DNA from: a virus
Lineage: Duplodnaviria; Heunggongvirae; Uroviricota; Caudoviricetes
DNA: 64,000 nt
Virus record (IMG/VR): IMGVR_UViG_2939121850_000001
Strand: one strand, 5' to 3'
Numbering within the stretch: the first letter of the stretch is position 1; the number at the start of each line of letters is the position of its first letter. The notes beneath the pieces are model-generated. The model saw only the letters and a list, made by a program, of their open reading frames with translations. It made no database searches and had not been told where the DNA came from. The translations under genes and the position numbers were made by a program. Below are positions 41,708 to 53,225 of the stretch, in pieces.

Positions 41708-44700
41708 GGGGTTCTAGGGATTTTCCGTCCAAAAACGACAAAGTGCTCTGGAGGCCGCGCCGTCCGTGGCCTCCAGAGGGGTATTACTTTTCGCTGACGG
41801 GTAAATATCCCTCGATTGAGCGCATAAGCTCCTCCAGATCTGGCAATTTTTCGCTCAATTCGAAGTGGTAAGTCCCCTTGAGGTTAATGTTGTGCCAGGC
41901 CACAGGGGATGCCTGTTTGACGATATCTATTCTCTTGGTATCTCCTTGGTATTCGAAGCTGGTCAACAGCTGGCTGAGTATCCTGGAGTTGAAGTAAACG
42001 ATGGCATTGGTGACCAGGCGAGCGCACTCATTCCATAGCTGGATTTCTTCGTCTGAACTGCCCCGGAACTGATCCCCATTGACGCTGCTCACGGCCCGAC
42101 GCAGTTGGTGATAGGCCTCTCCCCGGTTCAGCGCGCGCTGAACATAGTTTCTTAAACTGGCATCATCGATGTAGCACAGTAGATAATTCGCTTTCACCAG
42201 GCGATTGTATTCCGTCAGGGCTTCCAGCAGCGGGTGATTGCGCTTGTACTCCGAGAGCTTTCTCACCAAGGTGGCTTGCGTTGTTTTCCGCTGCTTAAGT
42301 GATACTGCAATCCGTTGGATGGTATCCCAGTGCTGCGCAATACGATGGGTATTGATTGGCTTTTTTAAGCACAGCTGAATTCGGTGTTCTTTGTCTTCCT
42401 TGACATCAAACATGTCATTGATCACTTTGCCAACCTGGGCATAGCGTGGGGCAAACTGGTATCCGAACAGATCCAGTAACGCGAAGTTCACATGGTTCAC
42501 CCCATGGGTATCGGTTGAGAGCACATCCGGAATGATGTCTGACGTATTGCTCATCAACAAATCAAAGATGTAGTGCGATTCATGTTCGTTGGCGCCGATC
42601 ACTCTGGCGTTGATCGCAGCGTGATTGGCGATCAAGGTCATGGCAGAAACACCTTTTTGAGTGCCAAAGTACTTCGACGAATAACGGGTTTTGAAGGTCT
42701 CGCGCCGGGCTTCGAACTTTTGACCATCGGCACTGGCGTGGATCACATCTTCCTGGATGTTGTAGTACCGGAAGATGGGTAGCTTGGCTGTCGCGTTATT
42801 GATGTTGTCGTTAGCAGCATTCAATGTTTCCAGGCGAAGATAGTTCGCCTGGATAGTGCTGAGCTGATCATAGGTACGATCAGAGATCTGTGCCATGCCG
42901 TAAATGCCTTGATTGGTTGCATTGCCGACCAGAATTGCCAACAGGTCATATTCATGGGAACGGCTTCTGGATTGGGAACCCAGCACATGAGCGAAGCAGT
43001 CAATGAAACCGGTGTCACGATCAACCATGCGCAGTACATCCGCAATCCCCGTTGTGGGAATTTGCTGGAAGAAGGGATTGTTGACCAGATGATGTTTGCT
43101 GGCCGAAGGCAGGCGCCAGAAGCGTTTACCCTGCGGATTACGCAAGATGATATTCCGGTTGTCTTCCTGTTCAAGATATTCGCCGACTTCGTACAAACGG
43201 GTATCCAATTCCATGGCCATCTGTTTGATCAGCTTTTCAGGCTCCTCCGCTAATTTTGTAAAATGGCTCTGTTGAAGCAGCGTATATTTGTTTTTTCGCC
43301 AATGTTCCCCGTCGATCAGGTCGGCGTCGAGTGCCCGGTATTTAGTGATATCAGGCAGCGTCAGCTGGCCATTCAGGCGATCAGGAATCTGTTGATAGAG
43401 GAACCACTCATAACGATCGATCAGGATATTCCCTTCACCATCCAGCAGGAATTCACGTGATTTTTTGGAAAGGAGTCTGGTGTCGGCAGTTTGCAACTGA
43501 GCGTCCTGGCCGTTGAGTTCGTTTTGTGTTTTCGCCAAGGCGGCCGCTAAGTGCTGGGTGCCGTCGCAGCCTTCGAAGCGCAGACATAGGAACAACTCTC
43601 GCAGCAAACCTTTCCGCAGACTTTCTTTCTCGTCGCAGTACTGCCACATGGCTTCATCGACCGATCGTCGCTGCTCGTTCAGGAAGAGACATACAGATTC
43701 CAGATCCCTTTTGGTCAGCAGGCTCAGTGCTTGCTGTCTTACTGTTGCAAACGGTAGTTGCAGATCAATGCTGTCATCAATGAACAGGTGCAGTACTTCA
43801 GCTGCCTTGCTGACATTTTTAGCTGCTTTTTGCCAATCCTTAAACACCGCTTCCTGCGCATAATCCTTTGCCTTCTGTTTGGTCTGTCTGACATGATGCA
43901 CAAAGCCATCGGCAATACGTTCCAGCGCTTGCTGCCATCGCGTTTGAAGATAGCACAATAAATACAGCCATTGGCTGCCTACGGTTTGACGTTTCAGTTT
44001 GGCACCGTAGTAGTCGACTTTCTCTGCCAGGTGTTGCAGATTTTTCTGCGACAGTGATAGCGTGCTCAACAGCAGATCCACTTCCGGCATCCAATGCTGG
44101 ATATGGCGATAGACAATCAGTTCTTTCTCCAACTCGGTTCCGGTGAAGTTACGAGCCGATTGTCGCAACTGTCGGAACGGCAGTGGACCTGTGCCGTTCA
44201 CGAGCTCCGCCAGTGCTTGCTTAAGACCGCGTGACATTGCACGCTCAAGGTGCGCGGCCATGTGTTCCTGTTCGTCTCCCACCACCTGACTGATGATCTT
44301 TTGCAGCGTGCTGTAGGCAGGGATTGCGATCTTCTGCCCCGAACAATATTCATTGGCCGCATCGAAGAGGTGCCTAGGCGCTGTCCAGGCTCTGGCTTGC
44401 TGGGATAAGTAATCTCTCAACGCCGCTCCATGGTCTTTGACATTCCAGCGCTGGTAGTTGCAGAGCTGGAAAACACGTTGGTAAATCCGTTCGTTCTCTT
44501 TTGGCGTGAGATTAAAGGGTCTACAGCCTGGGCCTGGTAGAACGGTTTGATAAACGTATTTGAGGTCCTGCTTGATCTGATGAAAGCCGGGATTCAGCAC
44601 CACCGGCTTGGCTTTGAAATAGCCCAGCAGTACCACCAGCATGTAACGCTGGCCCCGATGACGGAGGCTTTTAGCGATCGCCAGTTCCTTATCGTTCAGC

Positions 44701-44942
44701 GAGAAAAAGAAGCGTTGGTCGGCGGAGGTGAAAGCGGGGGGTCCATATAACTCATCTTGTTCTGCCTCGGACAAGATTTGGACACGTTCTTCGAATGCCA
44801 TGGATTTAGCCCAAAAAGACTAAATCTTACTCAAACAGAGCCCAAATAGGGATCTCGAAAAAAGTAATACCCCTCTGGAGGCCACAGACGGCGGGGCCTC
44901 CAGAGCACTTTGTCGTTTTTGGACGGAAAATCCCTAGAACCC
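41708..44942. mobile_element. Tn3-family insertion sequence (transposase only, ~3.2 kb) with ~88-bp terminal inverted repeats
   Basis: Both ends begin GGGGTTCTAGGGATTTTCCGTCCAAAAACGACAAAGTGCTCTGGAGGCC; 5-bp direct repeat TTCAT at 41703-41707 and 44943-44947. Confidence 0.8.
41784..44801 (-). CDS. tnpA: Tn3-family transposase TnpA
   Basis: Intact 1005-aa ORF filling the element; N-terminus MAFEERVQILSEAEQDELYG... typical of Tn3-family transposases. Confidence 0.85.
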   Translation of the reverse strand: MAFEERVQILSEAEQDELYGPPAFTSADQRFFFSLNDKELAIAKSLRHRGQRYMLVVLLGYFKAKPVVLNPGFHQIKQDLKYVYQTVLPGPGCRPFNLTPKENERIYQRVFQLCNYQRWNVKDHGAALRDYLSQQARAWTAPRHLFDAANEYCSGQKIAIPAYSTLQKIISQVVGDEQEHMAAHLERAMSRGLKQALAELVNGTGPLPFRQLRQSARNFTGTELEKELIVYRHIQHWMPEVDLLLSTLSLSQKNLQHLAEKVDYYGAKLKRQTVGSQWLYLLCYLQTRWQQALERIADGFVHHVRQTKQKAKDYAQEAVFKDWQKAAKNVSKAAEVLHLFIDDSIDLQLPFATVRQQALSLLTKRDLESVCLFLNEQRRSVDEAMWQYCDEKESLRKGLLRELFLCLRFEGCDGTQHLAAALAKTQNELNGQDAQLQTADTRLLSKKSREFLLDGEGNILIDRYEWFLYQQIPDRLNGQLTLPDITKYRALDADLIDGEHWRKNKYTLLQQSHFTKLAEEPEKLIKQMAMELDTRLYEVGEYLEQEDNRNIILRNPQGKRFWRLPSASKHHLVNNPFFQQIPTTGIADVLRMVDRDTGFIDCFAHVLGSQSRSRSHEYDLLAILVGNATNQGIYGMAQISDRTYDQLSTIQANYLRLETLNAANDNINNATAKLPIFRYYNIQEDVIHASADGQKFEARRETFKTRYSSKYFGTQKGVSAMTLIANHAAINARVIGANEHESHYIFDLLMSNTSDIIPDVLSTDTHGVNHVNFALLDLFGYQFAPRYAQVGKVINDMFDVKEDKEHRIQLCLKKPINTHRIAQHWDTIQRIAVSLKQRKTTQATLVRKLSEYKRNHPLLEALTEYNRLVKANYLLCYIDDASLRNYVQRALNRGEAYHQLRRAVSSVNGDQFRGSSDEEIQLWNECARLVTNAIVYFNSRILSQLLTSFEYQGDTKRIDIVKQASPVAWHNINLKGTYHFELSEKLPDLEELMRSIEGYLPVSEK

Positions 44943-44946
44943 CTTC

Positions 44947-47900
44947 ATGCTCCGCATGCTGGACAAAATAAAGACAGGCGGATTCATGTGCGTGATTGTG
45001 CCGCCGTCCATTGTTTCAGGTTCAAACATGAAGCGGTTACGCCTGCGCCTATCACGGAAAGCTGAATTTCTTGGTGCCCACCGCCTGCCTACCGGTACTT
45101 TTGACGCAAACGGGACCAGTACGGTCGTAGATGTGGTGCTGATGCGCAAACATCCGGCAGAGATGGCTGAGAAAATCCCCCTGGTGGATGAAAGCACTCT
45201 TGAATCGGCAAATGTGCTTTGGCCAACGTTTATTTCTGGCAAGTGGTTTGAAAAGGATGGCCGCCGGTTTGTTCATGGCACCCAGGAAAAGGGCTTCCAG
45301 GGGCGTATTGAGGTTCGTGCCGACGGTCAGATTGATAACCAGGCTCTTAAAGCGAAGCTGATTCATCGTTTCGAAAGCCGTATCGACTGGTCTTTGCTCG
45401 ATATGGCTGAACCGTCACCGACCGCAGACGTTGTTGGTGAAGGGGAAATGCGCCTGATTAATGGCGTATGGCAAAAATATGCTGGTGGTCGCTGGATTGA
45501 AGCTGATGCCGGGAAGGAACTTAAGATCGATGCTGCCAGTTATGGCGCGGATAGCTGGGAGGCTCTTCAGCGTAACCTGACTACAACAGAAGGCCGTCTC
45601 GGCATGACATTTACCCAGATGGCAAATGTCCGCGATAAGTACACCACATCAATCAGCGACGATATGGTGCAGCTGGTGGACTGGATTAACAGCCAGCCTG
45701 AAAAATACCGTGAACGCTTGTATCGCGGGGCGATGATTGGCCGGATGTTAATTGAATATCAGGACATGAAGGCCGCCGGGCATAGTGCTGAACAAATCGA
45801 ACAGCAGCGCCTTTCTCTGGTATCCCGTTTGCAGGCAGAGATTGACCGTTTTGGTAACCCCGGTCGCGGTCCGATAGCGAAATTATCGGGGAGCGGTGCG
45901 CGCGCCTGGTTTGCTTTCCGTGGTGCAATTAAGCTGGATGGCACTATTTCTGACGAGCTGACAGGAAAGCTGGTTACGCATGATTCCAGCGCAAGTTATG
46001 ACTCCACCAGCTATCAGGACACCCTGCGTTATCTCTACAGTGATCTCACTCGCGATCCAATCCAGCTCGATGATTTCCGCCTTGCGTTTACCGGCGAACT
46101 GCCAGCCAGTGATGAAGAGTTGCTTAATTTATTGGCCAGCACCCCTGGTATTGCGGTTTCACCGTATGGCGGGATTGTTCCGTTCGCCCGCGCCACCAGC
46201 GGCGACATTAACGAGATAGTGGCTCCAAAACAGGAATTCCTCGCCACGCTCCCCGACGGTCCAGTAAAGAACAACGTCCTTAATCAGCTGGCAGCGATCG
46301 AAGAGAAGCGCATCAAGACGCCAGCAGAGAATATCCGGTTTAAGCTCAATAGCCGTTGGTTCGACCGTTCCGTCATTCTGGAATTTTTGCAGGAAAACGG
46401 CTATCCGGATCTGCGCTATGTGCAGTCAGTGCAGCTTGAAGGCGACGAAATGGTTTCTGACACCTATCACGGTGGTGATGGTCTGTTCGTCGGGCACCGA
46501 TACGGTGTCGTCCAGCGCAAGGATAAAGAAACAGGCGAGATCCGCTACGAGTGGGACCGTAAATCAGGTGAAAACGCGACCGGGTTCCCGGCACAGCTGG
46601 AAAAGTATCTCAATGGTGCGCGTATCGGTGGCAAAGATAGCGCGACGGCGAACGGCTACCGCGAGCAGATGGCACTGCTTGAGGACCAGTTCAATAAGTG
46701 GATCAAGACGCACGATCGCTACGATGAGCTGGTTGCCAAATACAACGATGTTTTCAATAGCAATATCCCGTATGAACACTCTGGCGATCCGCTTGGGTTG
46801 AAGGGATTAAGCGGTAAGCGACAGCCATTTGATTACCAGAATAGCGAGGTGCGCCGACTGTCCGAAGATGGGCGCGGCATCCTGGGCTTCGGTACCGGGC
46901 TGGGTAAAACCACGACCGCGCTGGCGCTTGAGGCGTTCAACTATGAGAACGGTCGTTCCACCCGTACTGCGTATGTAGTGCCTAAATCAGTGCTGGAAAA
47001 CTGGTATTACGAAGCAAAAGAGTTTCTGAGTGAAGAGGCATTCAGTAACTACCTGTTCGTCGGTCTTGATGTGCTGATGGATGGCGATCAGATTCGCCAG
47101 GTGCCGGTGCTCGATGAGAACGGTAAACCTGTCGTTGGTGCAGATGGCACTCCCGTTATGCGCGATGCCCTTAAGCTGGCAGATGAAGCCACTATCACGG
47201 CGCGGATGAACGCGATCCCGCACTCAAACTACCGTGCAGTCGTGTTTACCAAAGAACAATACGCCCGCATTCCGCTACGTGATGACACCGTAGATGAGCA
47301 TGCACAAGACATGCTTTATGACTTCGTTGCTGCCGGGCGTGTGGCCAGCGCAATGGACTCCGATTCCCATCGCAAAGAGGCGGCGCGTCGCCGGGTATTG
47401 TCGGAGTATTCAGATACCGGTACCGAAAAAGCAGAGAAGTATCCGTACTTTGAGGATATGGGCTTCGACAGCGTGATTGCTGACGAAGGCCACAACTACC
47501 GCAATAGCTATAAAAATGGTCGCGAAGCGTCACAGCTGGCCTATCTGCCCACCAGCGCGGTGGCGCAATCGGCGCGAGATATGGCAATCAAAAACGCGTA
47601 CCTGATGAAAAAGAATGGTGGGCGTGGACCGGTTCTCCTGACTGCAACGCCAGTCGTTAACACCCCGATCGATGCATACAACATGCTTTCTCATGTTCTG
47701 CCGAAGGAATACTGGCAGAAGATGGGGATCTACGGTCCTGATGACTTCGTTAAATTCTTCGGCAAGACCAGGCTGGAAACGGTACAGAAAATCAGCGGTG
47801 AAGTTGAAGAAAAAATGGCGCTGGTGGGCTTTGAAAACCTTGATGCGCTGCGCGGCATATTCCATCGCTGGACAACGCTTAAAACGGCGGAAGACGTTAA

Positions 47901-50900
47901 GGATACCGTGGAGATCCCGGAACTGGACGAACACCAGCAGGATGCACCACTTACTGAAGAACAACTGGCGGCGTATGAAGAATTGCGTCAACAGGCGGAA
48001 GCGGCAGCAAAAGCCAACAATGGCGTAACGACCTCGGTTAATGAAGACGGCGTGATTGAGCACGAGAAAGCCCGTCCGATCTTCTCAATAATCAGGGATA
48101 TGGACCGCGTATGTACTGACATGGACCTGTACTATCGCCGGATCACCTATCGTTTCCTGCCGGAGTACGCCGATGCGGTGCAGCAGCTGGCGGACAGTTT
48201 GCCTAAACAAGCCACCAGCGAAGACGACGACAGTGATGATTCAATCACGCAGCAATCGCAATACTCCCTGATAGATAAGGGCGAGTTTATTCAGTTGCAG
48301 GTTCCGGAAGCGTTCGAGCAGGAAGTGAATAAGCGCCTGGCCAAGTTTGGCATTGACGAACAGACCGTAACTCACCCCGTTACGCCCAAATACGTGAAGC
48401 TGATTGCCACGCTGAAGGAGTTTTTCCCGGAAGGGAAGCAAATCATCTTCACCGACGAAAAAACGCAGCACCAGAAGCTCAAGCGCATTATCTGCAATGC
48501 TCTTAACCTTGAACCTTCAAAGGTGGGGATCCTGAATGCTCAGACGGTTGCCGAGGCAGGTAAAACCGGTAAGAAACTGAAAGCGGTTAAACCGCCGAAA
48601 GAGTTACCGGATGAACCAACAGATGCACAGATAGCGAAATACAACGAGCAAATGGCTCTGTATGACGCCTATATCGCGCAGCAGAATGAAATGTCGTTGG
48701 GCGGTCTGGAAAAGATTGCAGCCGACTTCCAGGAGGGCCGGACTCCGATCATCATCTGCAACAAAAAGGCAGAGGTGGGTATCAACCTGCATCGAGGAAC
48801 GACTGACATCCATCATCTGACGTTGCCATGGACACCAGCCAGTATCGCACAGCGTAACGGTCGCGGTGCCCGAGTTGGCTCCAACCGTGCAAGCGTTCGC
48901 GTTCACTACTACTGCGGCAAGGGTTCTTTCGATGAATACCGACTGAAGACGCTGAAGCGTAAAGCAGGCTGGATCTCCGATATCCTCCGTTCAGATAAGT
49001 CAGAAATGGAGAACGCCGACGCCAACGATATGATCGAAATGCAGATGTATACCGCTAAGGATGATGGCGAACGTCTGGCAATGATGCAGGTTCAAATGGA
49101 TAAGGCGAAAGCCGCGCAACGCGCTCGCCAGAAAGAACAGGCTACTATCGACCTTCAGAACTACATCAAGGCGCAGCACGCAGCTGGCGAGGATGTGGAG
49201 GTACTTACCGCTGAATTAGAGCGAAGCAAAGCGGAACTTGAAAAGACCACCGCCGAGGTAGCTAAATTCAAACAGGCGGTAATGGCCAAAGCAGCTGATA
49301 ACGCAGACTGGAAAGCCCGCTGGGGTAGCGTCCATCACACAGACCGTACGTTGTTAGCACAGTATCGCGCGTCGTTGAAAAGCGCCATTCAGCGCAAGGC
49401 TAATATCTCTCAAGCCATCTCCCGCTATGAGAAATTATTGAACCGTACTCAGAAGGCCGCGACGGATATCAAACGCCTGCGCCCGCTGGTGGAGGATGCA
49501 ATAAATAAAGGCATTCTGGATGTTGATCCTGACCTGGTTAACCATGCGAGTGAGTTCCTTGTTATCGGCGATCGCTCATGGCGTGTAGGCCAATACTACG
49601 ATTGTGCCGGTGATATCGTTCGCATTAAGTCGCTGGACTTCGACAGCCAGCGCGCAGACGTGGAGATTATCTTTACCTTCAAAGGTACCAAATCGGGTAA
49701 CTGGGATGTGAAGACGCTGGATAAACAGGTTGATGTAACTCCCGATGAAGATGCTGTTATGCAGAAAATCAGTGGTGGCGTCTCCATCGCCGGGATTAAC
49801 GACATCATTTCCTGTGACGATTTCTACCGTTTCCAGCAGCGCGGCATGATCAAAATCACTGACTCATACGGCGTTCAGACTACAGAGTCAGGCTATAGCA
49901 TCGATTTTGTTGGTACCTATACGGACCCACTGAAGCATGCGGTTTACCCGGATCGCCGTGACGGCGCGCTGAAGTCGTCAATTGCAAAATGGGTGCTTGG
50001 TATGATGTCGGAAGGGAATAACCGCCAGATCCGTTCGGCAGAAACATTCCTGGTTGAACTGTTTGGCTCCAATTATGGCGATGTAATCGCGTCATACGGA
50101 GATACGCTATCCCCTGAAGCAATTCAGGAGAAAATAGCGGATGCGATCGCCAGAATGCCGGAAAAAACAAGCCAGGGGGCTACTCGTAACGGGGATTCTG
50201 AACTTGAAGTCACCAATGCCATTTTCGGTACCAATGAGTTCCGGGCGTCAGATTATGAGATCACCACAGCACAGTTTGGCACCATTGGCATTTACAGCAA
50301 TAAAGACGAGATCAAACAGTCAATGGACGCTGCAAGCGCGCGCATTGCAGCAGAACGCAAAGCCAATCTGAATCATGCAGTTTCCGCGCTGACTCAATCG
50401 TGGGTAACAGCAATCAGGGAGGCCGCCACCACAGGAAAAATCACACCGGCAATTGCGGATGTCGTAAACGACGGCTCTAAATTTATGGATGCCTATAAAA
50501 TGGATGCGGTGCAGTTGCCATCAGCCTATGGTCAACTCAGCTATCGCATGACCTACAACCTGGTATCAATGTTTTCCGACCTTGCCATCCTTGGGCTGGT
50601 GGATCTTAACGAGGTTACGCCGGAATTGCTCAGCATGCGCAAGAATCATGTGGAGATATTGCAGAGAATTAACACGGTTCTTGCCGGGCGCACCGATGAA
50701 GAGAAACAGGCCGACGCTGATCGGATAAACCTGGCCCTTGGCAACATCACGGAGGAAGAGATTGCCGCCAGAAACGAGAAACAAGAAGAGTTATCATCAA
50801 TACAGGGTGATGCCACCAGCATAGCTCAGTCTCTTGGTCTGAATTATCGCGTATCCACCGCCGACCTGAAGATGATGTACGCACCAAAATTCGCCGCTGG

Positions 50901-51096
50901 CGAGGTATTTGGGCTTCAGGAAGCCTCAGGCATGAAAGGCGTTCTTTTCCGTGCGAAAGACGCAATCAAGGCGAAATTCGGCGCTCGCTGGCTGCCAGCG
51001 AAGGCGAAGAACAGCGATTTCCCGGGTAACTGGTGGATTATCGAGACAAAACACAACGTGGCGGACGTTCTGGCCGTCATCCAACAATACGCATAA
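44947..51096 (+). pseudogene. darB: darB 3' portion (helicase region), intact 2049-codon ORF separated from its 5' end
   Basis: Superfamily-2 helicase motifs GFGTGLGKTTTALALEA, VIADEGHNYRN, LLTATPVVNTP; deleting the IS and one TTCAT copy joins ...GSYFM to LRMLDK... giving about 2255 aa. Confidence 0.75.
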
Positions 51097-51129
51097 CAGG
51101 AGCGCCCGGTTCGCCGGGCGTCGCATAAT

Positions 51130-51570
51130 ATGGCCACACTATCTGATACAATAAAACCGAATAAAACATATCTTGAGGCGGTACTCCGTACAGCGTTGTT
51201 AGGAAAGACAGAAGACGAATACGTTGATTTCTTCCTGTCAGGGCTACGCGGGCGATTACTGAAAAATCCCCGCCTGTACCGCAGCTATGGCCCATACTGG
51301 CCGGAAATTAAAAAATTATTACTGGAGCGCGGTTATGGTAATTTCGGTCGTCTCGTTGACCGTGACGTTCGCAAAATTTACCGTTATGACCGCCCGGCGC
51401 TGACGCTCATAGCTGCGACGCTCTACAGCCAGGAGCGTTTTGATAATGGTCAGATATACTCAGCCTGGCATTTACTGCCAGTGCCTGAAGAGGTTGACGA
51501 CCAGGACTATGAGTTTGAGTCTTACGATTTGGAAGTTGAAGCCTTGGCACAGGCTGGAGAGAAAACTTGA
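51130..51570 (+). CDS. Ulx-like protein (synteny only)
   Basis: 146-aa ORF directly downstream of darB. Confidence 0.45.
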   Translation: MATLSDTIKPNKTYLEAVLRTALLGKTEDEYVDFFLSGLRGRLLKNPRLYRSYGPYWPEIKKLLLERGYGNFGRLVDRDVRKIYRYDRPALTLIAATLYSQERFDNGQIYSAWHLLPVPEEVDDQDYEFESYDLEVEALAQAGEKT

Positions 51571-51815
51571 AGAAGCGATACTACACAGTAAAGCATGGGA
51601 CGCTACGAGCATTGCAAGAGTTTGCTGATAAGCATAACGTTGAGGTGCGCAGGGAGGGGGGAAGTAAAGCTCTGCGCATGTACCGTCCGGACGGGAAATG
51701 GCGTACGGTCGTCGATTTCAAAACTAACAGCGTTCCCCAGGGCGTCCGCGACCGGGCATTCGAAGAATGGGAGCAGATCATCATAGATAACGCATTGCTC
51801 CTGAATGCTGATTAA
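51567..51815 (+). CDS. Lxc/Bof-like small protein (synteny and size)
   Basis: 82-aa ORF overlapping previous stop. Confidence 0.45.
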   Translation: MKKRYYTVKHGTLRALQEFADKHNVEVRREGGSKALRMYRPDGKWRTVVDFKTNSVPQGVRDRAFEEWEQIIIDNALLLNAD

Positions 51816-51816
51816 T

Positions 51817-51850
51817 TTATCGGGCAGTTTTATCTGCCCGATAAATTTTT
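51817..51850. terminator. Bidirectional terminator hairpin between lxc-like gene and SIR2-like gene
   Basis: TTATCGGGCAG-tttta-TCTGCCCGATAA followed by ATTTTT. Confidence 0.6.
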
Positions 51851-51861
51851 ATCGACCACAA

Positions 51862-53169
51862 TTACACTATATTCTTAACTATAAGGTTGGCGTCCTTCAA
51901 GGTGCCTAATGTTTCAATGTGGTTTTTTATCATTAATCTATTTGAGGCAATTATTGCAGGCCATCGTGTTTCCCAAGCTCTGTAAGCATACCAAGAAACT
52001 CCCCAATTCCTTTCTTTACTCATATGACCCATCGAGTATTCAACTGCGTCTAAATATGTTTTTTCATACTTAGTATTGCTAACCTCTATGATGCTTCCAA
52101 AATATATAAGCCATTTTGCCAACTGTTCATATTGCTCCCACGCTCCGTTATTCCTTGTTAACTTTCTCTTTTTTTCTATTATCCTTTCGAAAAGAGAAAC
52201 GACTTTATCATCATTCCAATCTAAACCTTCCGATATAATTGATGATATAATTTGATAAAATGAATCCTCTAATTTAAGATATTCATTTTTATAAGTATAA
52301 GCCCCCGAAACAACTTTTCTGATATTTTCGCGCGCTCTTTCAATGATGTCTTTAATGAGAGACATCTTATAACTTAATCGACTAAAGAAACAATCTATTT
52401 CTGTATTGTCAATTACCCTTATACCAAAGCAATAGAAGTAATAATCCTTCATATCTTGACTTACTTTGTTGCGAGATATCAAAAAGATATTAGAGCACAG
52501 GGCATTATTTTTCGAAAATTTTTTATAGTCATTTATAATTGCTTTAAGATTTGTGTCGCTTAAAGAATACCCTAATATCGCAACTGTATTTTCATGCAGC
52601 ATCGTACTAAGTTTTCGTGAAAAATAAGTATCGGAATTTATAAATCTGAAGTAATCATCTGAAGTGACAATCATATTTTTTGGCGAATCAATAGAACCAT
52701 GAATATGATATATTTTCACCTTGGATGGATACTTTGGAATTGGCAGACCGGGCGTGATAGACTGTACACTTTCATCTCCAACCAAGCATTCAGCCAACTT
52801 GTCATAATTTGTTGTAATGACACGGAATGAGTTTTTTTGGAAAAAATCTTTTATATTTGATATGTCTTCTCCAAGTTGAATTGGAGATATGATGTCAACA
52901 ATTTCATCATAAATCGACTTACCCTCAATATTGAGCTTCAAAGATAGTATTTGTGCGGCTTCTTCAAGACTCAGTGCTGGTGGTTTATCATCAGGGAATA
53001 ACGTGTCTTCCAACTTTTTGGCATTGTGAACTTTGCTGCAAACTTTTTTTAATAGTTCCTTCCACGTTGGAGCTTCACCGTTCGAGACTGCCTTTGAAAA
53101 GCCAGTCCCGGTAAATAGACAAAGCCTGCTTGTAGCGGTAGCGTATGCTAACTCAACATATTCGCTCAT
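51862..53169 (-). CDS. SIR2-like (sirtuin-fold, putative NAD-consuming) defence candidate with uncharacterised C-terminal domain
   Basis: 435-aa ORF, ~one-third GC; motifs GTGFS (aa 21-25), TTNYD (119-123), HIHG (155-158), VTSDDY (168-173), GYSLSD (200-205); own SD GGAG. Confidence 0.7.
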   Translation of the reverse strand: MSEYVELAYATATSRLCLFTGTGFSKAVSNGEAPTWKELLKKVCSKVHNAKKLEDTLFPDDKPPALSLEEAAQILSLKLNIEGKSIYDEIVDIISPIQLGEDISNIKDFFQKNSFRVITTNYDKLAECLVGDESVQSITPGLPIPKYPSKVKIYHIHGSIDSPKNMIVTSDDYFRFINSDTYFSRKLSTMLHENTVAILGYSLSDTNLKAIINDYKKFSKNNALCSNIFLISRNKVSQDMKDYYFYCFGIRVIDNTEIDCFFSRLSYKMSLIKDIIERARENIRKVVSGAYTYKNEYLKLEDSFYQIISSIISEGLDWNDDKVVSLFERIIEKKRKLTRNNGAWEQYEQLAKWLIYFGSIIEVSNTKYEKTYLDAVEYSMGHMSKERNWGVSWYAYRAWETRWPAIIASNRLMIKNHIETLGTLKDANLIVKNIV

Positions 53170-53225
53170 TACTTACTCCATTTACTTATAGTTCTATGGA
53201 GAAGTATACCCTAATGCATTGACGT

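Noticed and set aside
51862-53169. Classifying the SIR2-like gene as Thoeris ThsA
   Set aside because: No TIR-domain partner gene adjacent and the C-terminal region does not look like a glycine-rich SLOG domain; left unclassified.
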